64,000 bases of DNA from a bacterium (GTDB lineage: Bacteria > Vulcanimicrobiota > Vulcanimicrobiia > Vulcanimicrobiales > SCRA01), in the NCBI GenBank assembly GCA_004297985.1, contig SCRA01000027.1, forward strand, positions 360 to 64,359, in the 5' to 3' direction. The notes under the pieces are model-generated. The model was given only the letters and a program-made list of their open reading frames with translations. It searched no databases and was not told the DNA's origin. Below are positions 11,395 to 20,625 of this stretch, piece by piece; the stretch's first letter is position 1; each line of letters opens with the position of its first letter. The position numbers were made by a program, and so were the translations under genes.

Positions 11395-11589
11395 GTGGCG
11401 AAGCGCTGCCAAGTCTGCGGGAAGGGTCCCACCACCGGAAACAACGTGAGCCACGCGATGAACAAGACGCGTCGCCGCTGGTTGCCCAACCTTCAGTCGG
11501 TACGCATCGACGATCGCGGAACCCACCGTACGGCACGCGTCTGCACGCAGTGCTTGAAGTCCAAGCGGGTCACTCGCCTCGTCGGCTGA
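11395..11589 (+). CDS. rpmB: 50S ribosomal protein L28 (zinc-binding C+ form)
   Basis: [32 protein letters not shown]; start GTG 11395 or ATG 11389 after GAGGAG. Confidence 0.96.
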   Translation: MAKRCQVCGKGPTTGNNVSHAMNKTRRRWLPNLQSVRIDDRGTHRTARVCTQCLKSKRVTRLVG

Positions 11590-11631
11590 CGCGCTGCCGG
11601 CGTCCCGCATCGCCGGCGTCTGCTCTCATCG

Positions 11632-11660
11632 AAAAGCGGCGCCGGACAGCGCCGCTTTTT
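11632..11660. terminator. Bidirectional intrinsic terminator between rpmB and thiL
   Basis: AAAAGCGGCGC-CGGACA-GCGCCGCTTTTT between convergent genes. Confidence 0.8.
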
Positions 11661-11679
11661 TAAACGCCGCCGGGTTACC

Positions 11680-12660
11680 CTAACGCCGCAGGGCCTCCCA
11701 GCCCTCCACCTCCAGCGGATGCTGGACCCCGCCGCGGCTCACCACGACTCCGGTACCGGCCTCCAGGCGCCCCACGAGCAGCAGCGGGCGCCCCAGGCGC
11801 GCTCGCACCCGCTCCGCCAGATAGCCAAAGGCCCGTCGCTGAACCGTGCAGAGCAATTCCAAGTCGTCGCCGCCTTCGAGAGCGAGGTCTTCCGGAGCTG
11901 CCCCCATGGCCTGGGCCACCGCCCGGCACGCGGGATCGACGGGGAGGGTGTCGGCGTCGATGAGCGCCGCCGCCCCGCAAGCGGCTGCCAGCCGCGGCAG
12001 ATCGGCGGCGAGGCCGTCGGAGAGATCCATCATTCCACGCACAGAGCGCGAGCCGCCGAGGAAGCGGCCGGCCGCCACACGGGGCTCGGGGCGCCGGTAG
12101 GCCGCAACGGCCCGCTCCACCAGATGGGGATCGAGGAGCTCACGATCGACCTCCCCCTCCACGATCGCCAGACCCGCCCGGCAGAGCCCAAGCGGTCCGC
12201 TGACCGCCAGCACATCCCCCGCGCGACCATCGCCACGACGCTTGAGGTTGCTTGGCCGAACCTCGCCCACCACCGTGACCCCCAGCGAGAGCACCTCGCC
12301 GCGCGAGAGATCGCCGCCGACGATCTGCACCCGGTGACGAGCCGCTAGCTCGGCCATTCCTTGATAGAGCAGGACCACCCCGCCTTCGTCGAGGTCCCCC
12401 GGTATGACCAGTGAGACCACCGCCAGCAGCGGGCGGGCACCCATCGCTGCGGCATCGGAGAGGCTAGCGGCTAGCGCCCGCCAGCCGGCATCTTCCAGGC
12501 TTACCGTGGTACGCCGAAAGTCGATCCCCTCGGTACACTCGTCGACGGTGATAACTTGCAGTTGGCCGGGAGCGGGGCTCCAAACGGCGGCATCGTCGCC
12601 GATGCCCAGGCGCACGCGGCCCGCAGGCGCGCCGAGCGCTGCGCGCAGCGCCGCAACCAC
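11680..12660 (-). CDS. thiL: Thiamine-monophosphate kinase
   Basis: GIGDDAAV, SLSDAAAMGA, VGGDL, DLSDGL, GGDDLEL; true start may be CTG at 12675. Confidence 0.93.
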   Translation of the reverse strand: MVAALRAALGAPAGRVRLGIGDDAAVWSPAPGQLQVITVDECTEGIDFRRTTVSLEDAGWRALAASLSDAAAMGARPLLAVVSLVIPGDLDEGGVVLLYQGMAELAARHRVQIVGGDLSRGEVLSLGVTVVGEVRPSNLKRRGDGRAGDVLAVSGPLGLCRAGLAIVEGEVDRELLDPHLVERAVAAYRRPEPRVAAGRFLGGSRSVRGMMDLSDGLAADLPRLAAACGAAALIDADTLPVDPACRAVAQAMGAAPEDLALEGGDDLELLCTVQRRAFGYLAERVRARLGRPLLLVGRLEAGTGVVVSRGGVQHPLEVEGWEALRR

Positions 12661-12671
12661 GCTCGCCTCGT

Positions 12672-13352
12672 TCAGCGGACGTCCCCTAGCGCGCGGCGCG
12701 TGCGCTGCACGGCGGCCGCTGGATCACCGCCGCCGAAGATACTCGAGCCCATCACCAGCACGCTCGCGCCGGCCTCCGCGATCTCCGCAGCGTTCTCCGC
12801 GCCGATACCGCCATCGACCTCGATCTCGATCGCGCGCCCACGCCGTTCTACCAGCGCCTCGGCTTGGCGAACCTTCTCCATGGCGCGCGGGATGAAGCGC
12901 TGGCCGCCGAAACCAGGATTGACGCTCATGATCAGGATGAGGTCGAGGTCGTCGATGAGGTCCTCCAGCAGCGCCACGGGCGTTGCGGGGTTGAGAGAGA
13001 CGCCTGCCTTGGCCCCCAGCTCCTTGATTCGTTGGACGACGCGGTGGGCGTGACGGCATGCTTCCCAGTGGACGGTGATCGTGTCGGCGCCTGCCTTGCG
13101 AAAGTCTTCGACGTAGCGCTCGGGATCTTCGATCATCAGATGGCAGTCGAAGGGCAAACTCGAGAGCGGGCGCAGATCGGCGACGATTTTCGGTCCCCAG
13201 GTGATGTTCGGGACGAAGCGCCCATCCATCACGTCGAGATGGATCCAGTCGGCGCCGGCTCCTTCGACGGCGCGAATCTCCTCGGCGATGCGCGCGAAGT
13301 CCGCCGAGAGAATCGAAGGTGCGATCTTTGCGCGATGCGCCGCGGCGCTCAT
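12672..13352 (-). CDS. rpe: Ribulose-phosphate 3-epimerase
   Basis: IAPSILSADF, HLDVMDGRFVPN, MSVNPGFGGQ, VDGG. Confidence 0.98.
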   Translation of the reverse strand: MSAAAHRAKIAPSILSADFARIAEEIRAVEGAGADWIHLDVMDGRFVPNITWGPKIVADLRPLSSLPFDCHLMIEDPERYVEDFRKAGADTITVHWEACRHAHRVVQRIKELGAKAGVSLNPATPVALLEDLIDDLDLILIMSVNPGFGGQRFIPRAMEKVRQAEALVERRGRAIEIEVDGGIGAENAAEIAEAGASVLVMGSSIFGGGDPAAAVQRTRRALGDVR

Positions 13353-14341
13353 ACTTTAGCCTCATCGACGAGATCTTTGTTGAGATAGGTGTCCAGCGTG
13401 CCGTTTCCCACGAACGTCAACGTGAAGTCGAGCTTCTGCCCGGCGCGCGCATAGGAGTCATAGGTCGTCCACGTTCCCGTGGCGTCGTGGGCCACCATCT
13501 TCACCTCCACCTCGCTGTCGCGCTGGGGCACCGTGACGGTGGCATGCACTTGACGAACCGTATAACCCGTCTCCCCCGGGCCGGCGCTGACTTGCAGGCT
13601 GACATACTGCGACGAATCTACCTGCAGCCCCGCGGCCGGCGACTGGCGCACCACACGCCCCCGCGGCGGCCCAGCGTGCCCGAATGGCGTCCAGACGATC
13701 TGTCCGAGCTGGACGTGCGTGTCGCGGGCGCGCTGCAGCGCCTTGGGGAGATCGACGCCCGTCAGCTCCGGCACCTTGATGAACGGAGGCGGACCCTTGG
13801 AGATGCCCAACGTCACCGGGGTACCCGCCCGCACGCTGGTGAGCGGCGGGGGATTCTGCTCGACCACAGCGTCCGTGGGAGCCTGGCTATTCTCGACGCG
13901 ATAGGTCTTGGACAGTTGCAGTTGGAGGGTTCCCAGCTCTAAACGCGCCTGGCGCAAGGAGTCGTACCGAAGATCCGGCATCGAGACGAGCTTGACACCC
14001 GAGGAGACCAGTACGGCCACGGCGCGCCCGGGGCGCACGCTCTTGCCGTGCTCGGGCTGCTGCCCCATCACCACGCCCGTGGGATAGGTATCGCTGGCCT
14101 CATTCGCCGCCACGGTGATGCGCAGCCCCGAGCGCGATGCCTGACCCTCCGCATCGGGAAGGGCTAGGCCGACCAGTTGCGGCACGATGACGATCGTCTC
14201 GCTGGGCACGGCGAAGCCGAAGAGCGTCTTGCCGAACCAAACGAAGACGCCTGTGGCAAAGGCCAGCGCAAGCGGAAAGCCCCACGTCGCCCAGTCGATT
14301 CGCCCGAGTGTCGGCCGTGGGCGCGGCGCCTGGCTGCTCAC
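13349..14341 (-). CDS. Membrane-anchored PASTA-repeat protein (3 PASTA domains, no kinase or PBP domain)
   Basis: One N-terminal TM segment, then three VP/MP.L.G...Q.P..G..V....VS repeats and a beta-rich C-terminal domain. Confidence 0.85.
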   Translation of the reverse strand: MSSQAPRPRPTLGRIDWATWGFPLALAFATGVFVWFGKTLFGFAVPSETIVIVPQLVGLALPDAEGQASRSGLRITVAANEASDTYPTGVVMGQQPEHGKSVRPGRAVAVLVSSGVKLVSMPDLRYDSLRQARLELGTLQLQLSKTYRVENSQAPTDAVVEQNPPPLTSVRAGTPVTLGISKGPPPFIKVPELTGVDLPKALQRARDTHVQLGQIVWTPFGHAGPPRGRVVRQSPAAGLQVDSSQYVSLQVSAGPGETGYTVRQVHATVTVPQRDSEVEVKMVAHDATGTWTTYDSYARAGQKLDFTLTFVGNGTLDTYLNKDLVDEAKV

Positions 14342-15090
14342 GCGCCGGCGAGGGCCTCCAGATCGACCCCGGAGAGATCGACGTTGGAGTACACCTGCTG
14401 CACGTCTTCATGCTCCTCGAGCGCATCCAGCAGTTTGAGTACCGCGGCGGCCGCCTCGCCCACCAGCGCGACGGTCTGCTTGGGCTCCATGGAGAGACGC
14501 GCCTCCGTCACCTTGAGACCGCCGGTGGTCAACGCCTCGCGCACCGTTCTCAATGCGGAGACATCGGTGACGATCTCGCTGCGCTCCGGATCGTACCGTA
14601 CGTCGTCGACGCCGTCGACCAGCGCCGCTTCCGTCAATTGATCCTCGCTGCGGCCGGCGCTCTCGACCTCCACCAGCCCGCGCAGCTCGAACTGCCAGCT
14701 CACGCTCCCCGTCTCACCGAGCGTCCCGCCATTGCGGCTGAAGAGGAAGCGCATCTCCGAGGCGGTACGGTTGCGGTTATCGGTAGCGGCATCGACGATG
14801 ACGGCAACCCCGCTAGGGCCATAGCCTTCGTAGCGTACCTCCTCGATCTCCCGCCCGCCTTCCCCGCCCGCGGCACGCGCGATGGCACGCTTGATGTTGT
14901 CCGTCGGCATGTTGTTCTCGCGCGCCTTCTCCACGGCCATCTTCAGACGGTAGTTGGCCTCGGGATCGGAGGAGCCGCTCTTGGTGGCGAGGATGATCTC
15001 CTTCGAGAGTCTGGTGAACAGCGCGCCGCGCTGGGCATCGACTTTTCCCTTACGCAATTTGATGTTGTGCCACTTGGAGTGTCCGGACAT
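14338..15090 (-). CDS. yebC: YebC/PmpR family protein
   Basis: MSGHSKWHNIK, YEGYGPSG, TDNRNRT, DVQQVYSN. Confidence 0.97.
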   Translation of the reverse strand: MSGHSKWHNIKLRKGKVDAQRGALFTRLSKEIILATKSGSSDPEANYRLKMAVEKARENNMPTDNIKRAIARAAGGEGGREIEEVRYEGYGPSGVAVIVDAATDNRNRTASEMRFLFSRNGGTLGETGSVSWQFELRGLVEVESAGRSEDQLTEAALVDGVDDVRYDPERSEIVTDVSALRTVREALTTGGLKVTEARLSMEPKQTVALVGEAAAAVLKLLDALEEHEDVQQVYSNVDLSGVDLEALAGA

Positions 15091-15132
15091 GGTTGTCTCT
15101 TTCTCTCTTCTTTTCCAGTGTCCTAAAGGACA

Positions 15133-18100
15133 CTAGATCCAGCGCGTTCCCATCAGCCACATGAGCATCCGCTTCTGCCATTCGTCGTATGGGATCGGGG
15201 TTCCGACCCATATCGGGAACCAGAAGAGGAACGCCCAGGCGACCGCGGCCAGGAAGGCGATGACGGCGATGCGCCCCCAGCGCCCGAAGCTCCTCCACGC
15301 CTCCTGGAGCACGAGGGCGTTTGCCAGGCAGATGATGGCCAGGTTCGGGAAAAAGTGGTATTCGAACGTGATGCGCGGGCTGATCATCCATGGCAGCCAC
15401 TGCCAGAGGTAGGCGCCGATCAACAGCGCATAGCCCTTGTGCCGGCGCACCAGGCCGACGAGGAACATCACCGGGACGCTGAGCAGGCCGAACCACCAGT
15501 TGACCGGGTTGGGGAGCGCCAGGATCTCCGCCACCAGGTGCTGTGCTCCGCCGAAGTCGTGGTAGTAGTAGGAGATCGGCCGCCAGATCAGCGGCCACTC
15601 CCACCAGCGGGCCTGGTACGGATGGGTCGCCTTCAGCTCGTCGTGATAGAGGAACATCTGGCGCTGCAAGCCCATCAGGTCTGCCAGGTTGTGCCCCAAC
15701 GCGAAGTACGGTATGTATGAGAGTACGTAGACGGCGGCGCCTACCAGCAGGATCGCCGCATAGACGACGTCGAGCGGAATGCCGCGCGGGTTGCCCCATT
15801 GAGCGGGCCTGCACCACCAGCGCTGCGAGGCGATCACCGCCAGCCCCATCAAGACCCATCCCAGCGTGAAGAAGCCGTTCCACTTGCTGTCGATCACGCA
15901 CGCGAGAGAGAGTGCCAGGAGCCACATCCAAAGCGTCGCATCACGGGAGCGCAGGCGCAGCGCGCCAGGCTCGATCGCCAGCGTACCGTCGGGCGCAAAG
16001 CACGCTTTCCCCTCCGCGGTGTAGTAACGCTCGCCGCCGTCGCCGGCGAAGCTCACTTCGAGCCCCGCGCGCCTGTAGGACGCCCCCTTCTTGCCGCCGC
16101 CATCATTGGCGGCCGCCTCGACGCGGACATCTCTCCCCGCCGTCTCAACGGTACTTCCGTCGGCATAGCACGCGATCAGGCTCCCACTGCCGTAGAGACG
16201 CGGGAGCAGAAGGCGGGCCGCCAGATATGCCCCCGTCGAGAAGACGACGAAGATGGCGATGCGCGCCGCTATGTCATCGGGGCGTCCGTCGCCGTACACG
16301 ATCGGCGGGCGCGCGAGCACCCACTGCGCCATCAGGCCCACGACCACCGAGGCGGCGACCCCAGCGCTCAACGCCGTCTGCCAGCCTTCGCGCAGACGCT
16401 CGACCACGCGAATCTGCGCGGCGATCACGTAGCGATAGGCGCAGTAGAGCGAAGCCAGCGAGAAGAACGCGACGGTGACCTCCGGCGTCGCGATGCGTGA
16501 CTGGACGAGGTGGAATCCGCTGAGAATCAGCAGGGCGGATGCCACGGCGGCGAAGGGCGTCGAGCGCAGCAGACGCTTAGCGAAGGCATAGAGAAGCGGA
16601 ACGGTGAGACTGCCCATGAACGCCGAAGCCAAACGCCAGCCGAAGCTCGTGAAGCCGCCGGGATAGCCGCCGTTGACGATGATGCCCAACGCGATCAGCA
16701 ACTTGGTGAGCGGGGGGTGTGTCCACTCGAAGACGTCCTTGTGCTGGAGATACTCCTTGGCTGTGCGCGCGTAGTAGATCTCGTCGAAGATCTGCACCTT
16801 GGGGTGGGCGATGCCGATCATCGCCACGATGAGACAGATGATCCCCAGACCGATCGCGATCAGCCAGTCCAGGCGCGTCAACGCTGCCGTCCCCTCCAGC
16901 GGGGAGAACCAAGAGCGCAGCCGCATGCCGAACAGCTCCAGGGGCTTGGCTTCGTTGTTCGCCGCCGTCGTTCGCTCCTCGCCGCCGAGATAGCCGTAGG
17001 CAAGGTACGCAAAGAGCAGAACGTTGAGCACCGATGCGGGGTGGCTCACGAGCGGCATCAAATTCGTGGGATCGAGCCCCGGGACGTGTCCCTGAACGAC
17101 GTTGAGATACGCGTACGAGTAAAGCAAATTGGCGAAAAACGTCGCCGAGAGGACCAATGCCCCGACCAGATAGCGGCGAGCCAGCGGCGCCATCAGCACA
17201 GCGATCGCGAAAGCGTTATAGACGTAGCGCTCGTGCATGCGCGTGGCGAACAGGAAGAGCGCCAGCGAGATCAGCAGCGCCGCCTCGAGGAACCCGCGCT
17301 CATCGCGCCGCTGCACGAAGCGCCAGAGCACCATGGTGGATGCCGCCAGTACGAGCAGCACGCCCCACACGGACTGTGGAAGGAAGGCGATCCACTGACT
17401 ATCCGGCTGCCAGAAATTGCGAGCCACTGCGTAGATGTTGAAGGCATTGATCGAGCTGTACGGATAGACCGACGTGCCATGAACGTAGCGATCGAAGAGC
17501 CAGCTCAACGTGGAGAGCGGATTCAACGGCGCGGGGGCAAACGGCGCCGCGATCGCATAGCCCACCACCACCGCCACCAACGGACCCAGCACCAGGCGTG
17601 GCGTGAGGCGCGGAGCACCATCGTGCACGGCGTCGTACGCTAGCAGGAGCGGAGCGAGCACGAAGGCCTGCGGCTTGATCAAGACGGCGGCGGCAAGCAG
17701 CGCCCAGGCCCAAAGCGACCGGCGGCGCAGTGCCGCCAACAGCGCGCCCAGGGTGAAGAGCGCGGAGACGGCGTCCACCTGCCCCCAATAGGCGGAGACG
17801 TAGATTGCCGCCGGATTGAAAGCGAAGAGCGCCGCCGCAGCGAGCGCGGGAAGGCGCCCCACAAAGCGCAGCGCGGCGGCGTAGATCACTGCGGCACAGC
17901 CCAAGTCGGCGAGGATACCGGGCAGCTTGATCAGATCGCGCAGGACGTAGTAACCGGCGCTCGCATCCGAAACATGGAGCGCGTGATAGAGCCACCCCGT
18001 CGCGGCCAGCACCCAGAGATAGCCAGGCGGATAGTCGACGAAACTGGTGCTGTGGTAGAAGGCGCGGATGCCGTGGTCGTAAAGCGTGAGCGCCCAGCTC

Positions 18101-18255
18101 TCGAACGAGGCGATATCGTTCGCATAGCCCTCAGCGGGCAGGAAGAGCAGACGTACCGCCAGGGCGAGTGCCAGGATGCCGAGCAACGGCAACGCCTCGC
18201 GCACGGCGGCGCTCTCCGCGCGGCGCACGGAGAGATCGGCATTCTTGGACGCCAC
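15133..18255 (-). CDS. Lipid-carrier-dependent glycosyltransferase with two GT-C modules (GT87/PIG-M-like N-half, PMT/GT39-like C-half)
   Basis: N-half DYPPGY, FNPA..SAYWGQVD, KPQ, MHERY; C-half FDEIYY, HPPLTK, GWR, SKW, HPYQARWWEWP, F.YH..P. Confidence 0.8.
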   Translation of the reverse strand: MASKNADLSVRRAESAAVREALPLLGILALALAVRLLFLPAEGYANDIASFESWALTLYDHGIRAFYHSTSFVDYPPGYLWVLAATGWLYHALHVSDASAGYYVLRDLIKLPGILADLGCAAVIYAAALRFVGRLPALAAAALFAFNPAAIYVSAYWGQVDAVSALFTLGALLAALRRRSLWAWALLAAAVLIKPQAFVLAPLLLAYDAVHDGAPRLTPRLVLGPLVAVVVGYAIAAPFAPAPLNPLSTLSWLFDRYVHGTSVYPYSSINAFNIYAVARNFWQPDSQWIAFLPQSVWGVLLVLAASTMVLWRFVQRRDERGFLEAALLISLALFLFATRMHERYVYNAFAIAVLMAPLARRYLVGALVLSATFFANLLYSYAYLNVVQGHVPGLDPTNLMPLVSHPASVLNVLLFAYLAYGYLGGEERTTAANNEAKPLELFGMRLRSWFSPLEGTAALTRLDWLIAIGLGIICLIVAMIGIAHPKVQIFDEIYYARTAKEYLQHKDVFEWTHPPLTKLLIALGIIVNGGYPGGFTSFGWRLASAFMGSLTVPLLYAFAKRLLRSTPFAAVASALLILSGFHLVQSRIATPEVTVAFFSLASLYCAYRYVIAAQIRVVERLREGWQTALSAGVAASVVVGLMAQWVLARPPIVYGDGRPDDIAARIAIFVVFSTGAYLAARLLLPRLYGSGSLIACYADGSTVETAGRDVRVEAAANDGGGKKGASYRRAGLEVSFAGDGGERYYTAEGKACFAPDGTLAIEPGALRLRSRDATLWMWLLALSLACVIDSKWNGFFTLGWVLMGLAVIASQRWWCRPAQWGNPRGIPLDVVYAAILLVGAAVYVLSYIPYFALGHNLADLMGLQRQMFLYHDELKATHPYQARWWEWPLIWRPISYYYHDFGGAQHLVAEILALPNPVNWWFGLLSVPVMFLVGLVRRHKGYALLIGAYLWQWLPWMISPRITFEYHFFPNLAIICLANALVLQEAWRSFGRWGRIAVIAFLAAVAWAFLFWFPIWVGTPIPYDEWQKRMLMWLMGTRWI

Positions 18256-18290
18256 ATAGCCTCCTTAGTGTGTCGTAGCCGCTAGCCGTT

Positions 18291-19286
18291 TCACGCGCTC
18301 CGGCGCCCCCCCTGCGCCAGAAACCCGCGTACCCCGCCGCCGACGTCGAGGCCGCGCTCACGCGAGATCACCTCCGCCTCACCGAGGTAGCGATCGAGGG
18401 CCGCCTCGGCGGCCTCCCGCGCCCCTGCGCGTTCGAGCGCGAGGCGCGCGGCCTCGGCCTGCTCCTCGTCGAGTCCGTCACCACCGCGGTAGAGGCGAGC
18501 CACTTCTTGCGCGCCGGAGGCGATCCCCCAGACGACGGGATAAGTCCACTTGCGCCTGCGCAGATCGGCCAGGCTGGGCTTCCCCGTCTCCTCGGAGCGC
18601 CCCCAGATACCCAAGAGATCATCTTGAATTTGGAATGCCAGACCGTAGAGCCGCGCCAGCTCACCATAGGCATGTGCGCGCGACTCGGCGGCACCGGCCG
18701 CGACGGCGCCCATCTGCGCCGTCGCGCGGAAGAGCGCCGCCGTCTTCCCCTCGATCATCCGCAGGTAGGCGGCGAGATCGACCGAGCGCGCGGTCTCGAA
18801 CGACATATCCAGCGCCTGTCCCGCACACATCTCGAGTTGCGCCTCGTGCAGCAGACGCAACGCGGCGACGACGCGCTCCGCGGGGAGCTGCGCCGTGTTC
18901 TCAAGCAGCGCAAGATAGGCCATCGAGCAGAGCGCGTCGCCGGCATTGATGCCGTGGGCGACGCCGTACCGAGACCAGACCGTCGTCCGCCCATGCCGCA
19001 CGTGGTCGCCGTCCTCGATGTCATCGTGAATGAGCGAGAAGTTGTGCAGCAGCTCGACGGCGACCGCCGCGTCGAAGGCCGCCTCGACGCTTGCGCCCTC
19101 GGCTTGCGCCACCAGCAGACAGAGCTGGGGGCGCAGACGTTTGCCGTGCCGTCCTTCGTCGGCTAGGCCGAAGTGGTAGGCCACCATCTCGTAGACGGGG
19201 GAGCCGCCGGCGAAGTGCGAGATCCAGCGCTCCAGGCGCTCCTCGAACGTCGCCAGCACTGGCTGCGGCACGCTCATCGACTCCAC
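18291..19286 (-). CDS. Polyprenyl diphosphate synthase (GGPP synthase-like)
   Basis: GKRLRP, SLIHDDIEDGD..RHG, INAGD, GQALD, KTA, FQIQDD. Confidence 0.93.
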   Translation of the reverse strand: MESMSVPQPVLATFEERLERWISHFAGGSPVYEMVAYHFGLADEGRHGKRLRPQLCLLVAQAEGASVEAAFDAAVAVELLHNFSLIHDDIEDGDHVRHGRTTVWSRYGVAHGINAGDALCSMAYLALLENTAQLPAERVVAALRLLHEAQLEMCAGQALDMSFETARSVDLAAYLRMIEGKTAALFRATAQMGAVAAGAAESRAHAYGELARLYGLAFQIQDDLLGIWGRSEETGKPSLADLRRRKWTYPVVWGIASGAQEVARLYRGGDGLDEEQAEAARLALERAGAREAAEAALDRYLGEAEVISRERGLDVGGGVRGFLAQGGRRSA

Positions 19287-19287
19287 A

Positions 19288-19875
19288 TCACCCTTCGTGT
19301 AGCGCCTTGATGCGCGCGAGCACCTCGCCGCTGAAGATCGCCAGCTCCTCGCGCGTCGCCTTGGAGCCGGCGGGGTGGAACGCCGCCGGCTCGCCGAAGC
19401 GTACGCGGATCTTCGCTAGGCGCGCCGCGCGGTTGGTTCCGATGATCGCGGCGGGGACCACGCTCGCGTGAGAGAGATAGGCCAGCAGCGCGACTCCAGC
19501 TTGCGCCGAGCGTTCCTCGCCTTCCTTGACGCGCCCGCCCTCAGGGAATATCCCGACGCAGCCTCCGCGCTCGATCACCTTCACGGCGGTGCGAATCGCC
19601 GCGACGTCGCCCTTGCCGCGCTCCACGGGGAAGGCGCGGACGAGCGCGATCGCCGGGCCGAGCAGCGGGATAGCGAACAGTTCCGACTTGGCCATGTACG
19701 CCACCCTGCGCGGAACGGCGCAGCCCAACACCGGGGGATCGAAGTACGAAACGTGGTTACAGGCGATGATCAACGGGCCCTCGAGCGGTACGTCCTTCGC
19801 CCCTTCTACCCGCATGCGCCAGATGCTGCGAAAGAGCACGTTGAGGGCGAATCTCGCGACGTCGTAGGCTTCCAC
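19288..19875 (-). CDS. plsC: 1-acyl-sn-glycerol-3-phosphate acyltransferase
   Basis: NHVSYFD, FPEG motifs; next to cmk. Confidence 0.9.
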   Translation of the reverse strand: MEAYDVARFALNVLFRSIWRMRVEGAKDVPLEGPLIIACNHVSYFDPPVLGCAVPRRVAYMAKSELFAIPLLGPAIALVRAFPVERGKGDVAAIRTAVKVIERGGCVGIFPEGGRVKEGEERSAQAGVALLAYLSHASVVPAAIIGTNRAARLAKIRVRFGEPAAFHPAGSKATREELAIFSGEVLARIKALHEG

Positions 19876-19878
19876 GTA

Positions 19879-20565
19879 TTACGCCCCCGCCGCGGCGCCG
19901 GAGGCCACCCACGAGACGATCCGCTCCACTACCTCCTCGGCGCGCAGCGCACTCGAATCCAGCACAAGAGCACCTTGAGCGGGGACCAGCGGCGAATCCA
20001 CGCGCGTGGTGTCGGTGTGATCGCGCCGCTCCACTTCCGCGCGCAGCGCCTGCGCGTCGATCGTGCTTCCCGCAGCCTGCATCTCCTCCCAACGGCGGCG
20101 CACGCGCTCGGCGACAGAGGCCGTAAGGAAGACTTTGAACGGGGCACCGGGCAGAACGACGGTGCCAATATCTCGCCCCGCCATCACCACAGCGCGGTGG
20201 CGCGCGATCTCGCGCTGGCGCTCAACCAGCACGCGGCGCACCTGAGGCTGCGCGGCGACCGTGGAGACCGCGGCGGTGACGGCGCCGTGGAAGAGCCGCG
20301 CGGTGACGTCCGCGCCGTCGAGATGAACCGCATAGCCGCGCGCCTCCGCCGAAGGCTCCAGATCGATACGATGGCGCTGCAGAAGCTCGGCGAGCGCCTC
20401 GCCGTCGTCGAGCTCGACACCGTCGCGCAGCGCGGCCAGCGCCACGGCACGATACATCGCACCGGTATCGACGTAGAGGAGATTGAGGCGTCGGGCAACC
20501 ATCAGGGCCACGGTCGATTTCCCGCTGGCCACGGGGCCGTCGATTGCAATATGTGGGAGCGTCAC
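19879..20565 (-). CDS. cmk: Cytidylate kinase
   Basis: IAIDGPVASGKST, DTGAMYR, GRDIGTVV; start GTG 20565 inferred. Confidence 0.95.
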   Translation of the reverse strand: MTLPHIAIDGPVASGKSTVALMVARRLNLLYVDTGAMYRAVALAALRDGVELDDGEALAELLQRHRIDLEPSAEARGYAVHLDGADVTARLFHGAVTAAVSTVAAQPQVRRVLVERQREIARHRAVVMAGRDIGTVVLPGAPFKVFLTASVAERVRRRWEEMQAAGSTIDAQALRAEVERRDHTDTTRVDSPLVPAQGALVLDSSALRAEEVVERIVSWVASGAAAGA

Positions 20566-20625
20566 GGGGTGGTGGCTTCGCGCCTGCACAGGCGCGCCCC
20601 CTGGCTCCCCCGAATCGGCGCCGAA

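Noticed and set aside
19468..20625. Apparent long N-terminal extension of RadA (similar extensions on gltX, ispF, rsbW-like, gnd, hutU, hutI)
   Set aside because: Artefacts of longest-ORF start choice; they overlap real neighbouring genes and family homology begins at downstream starts
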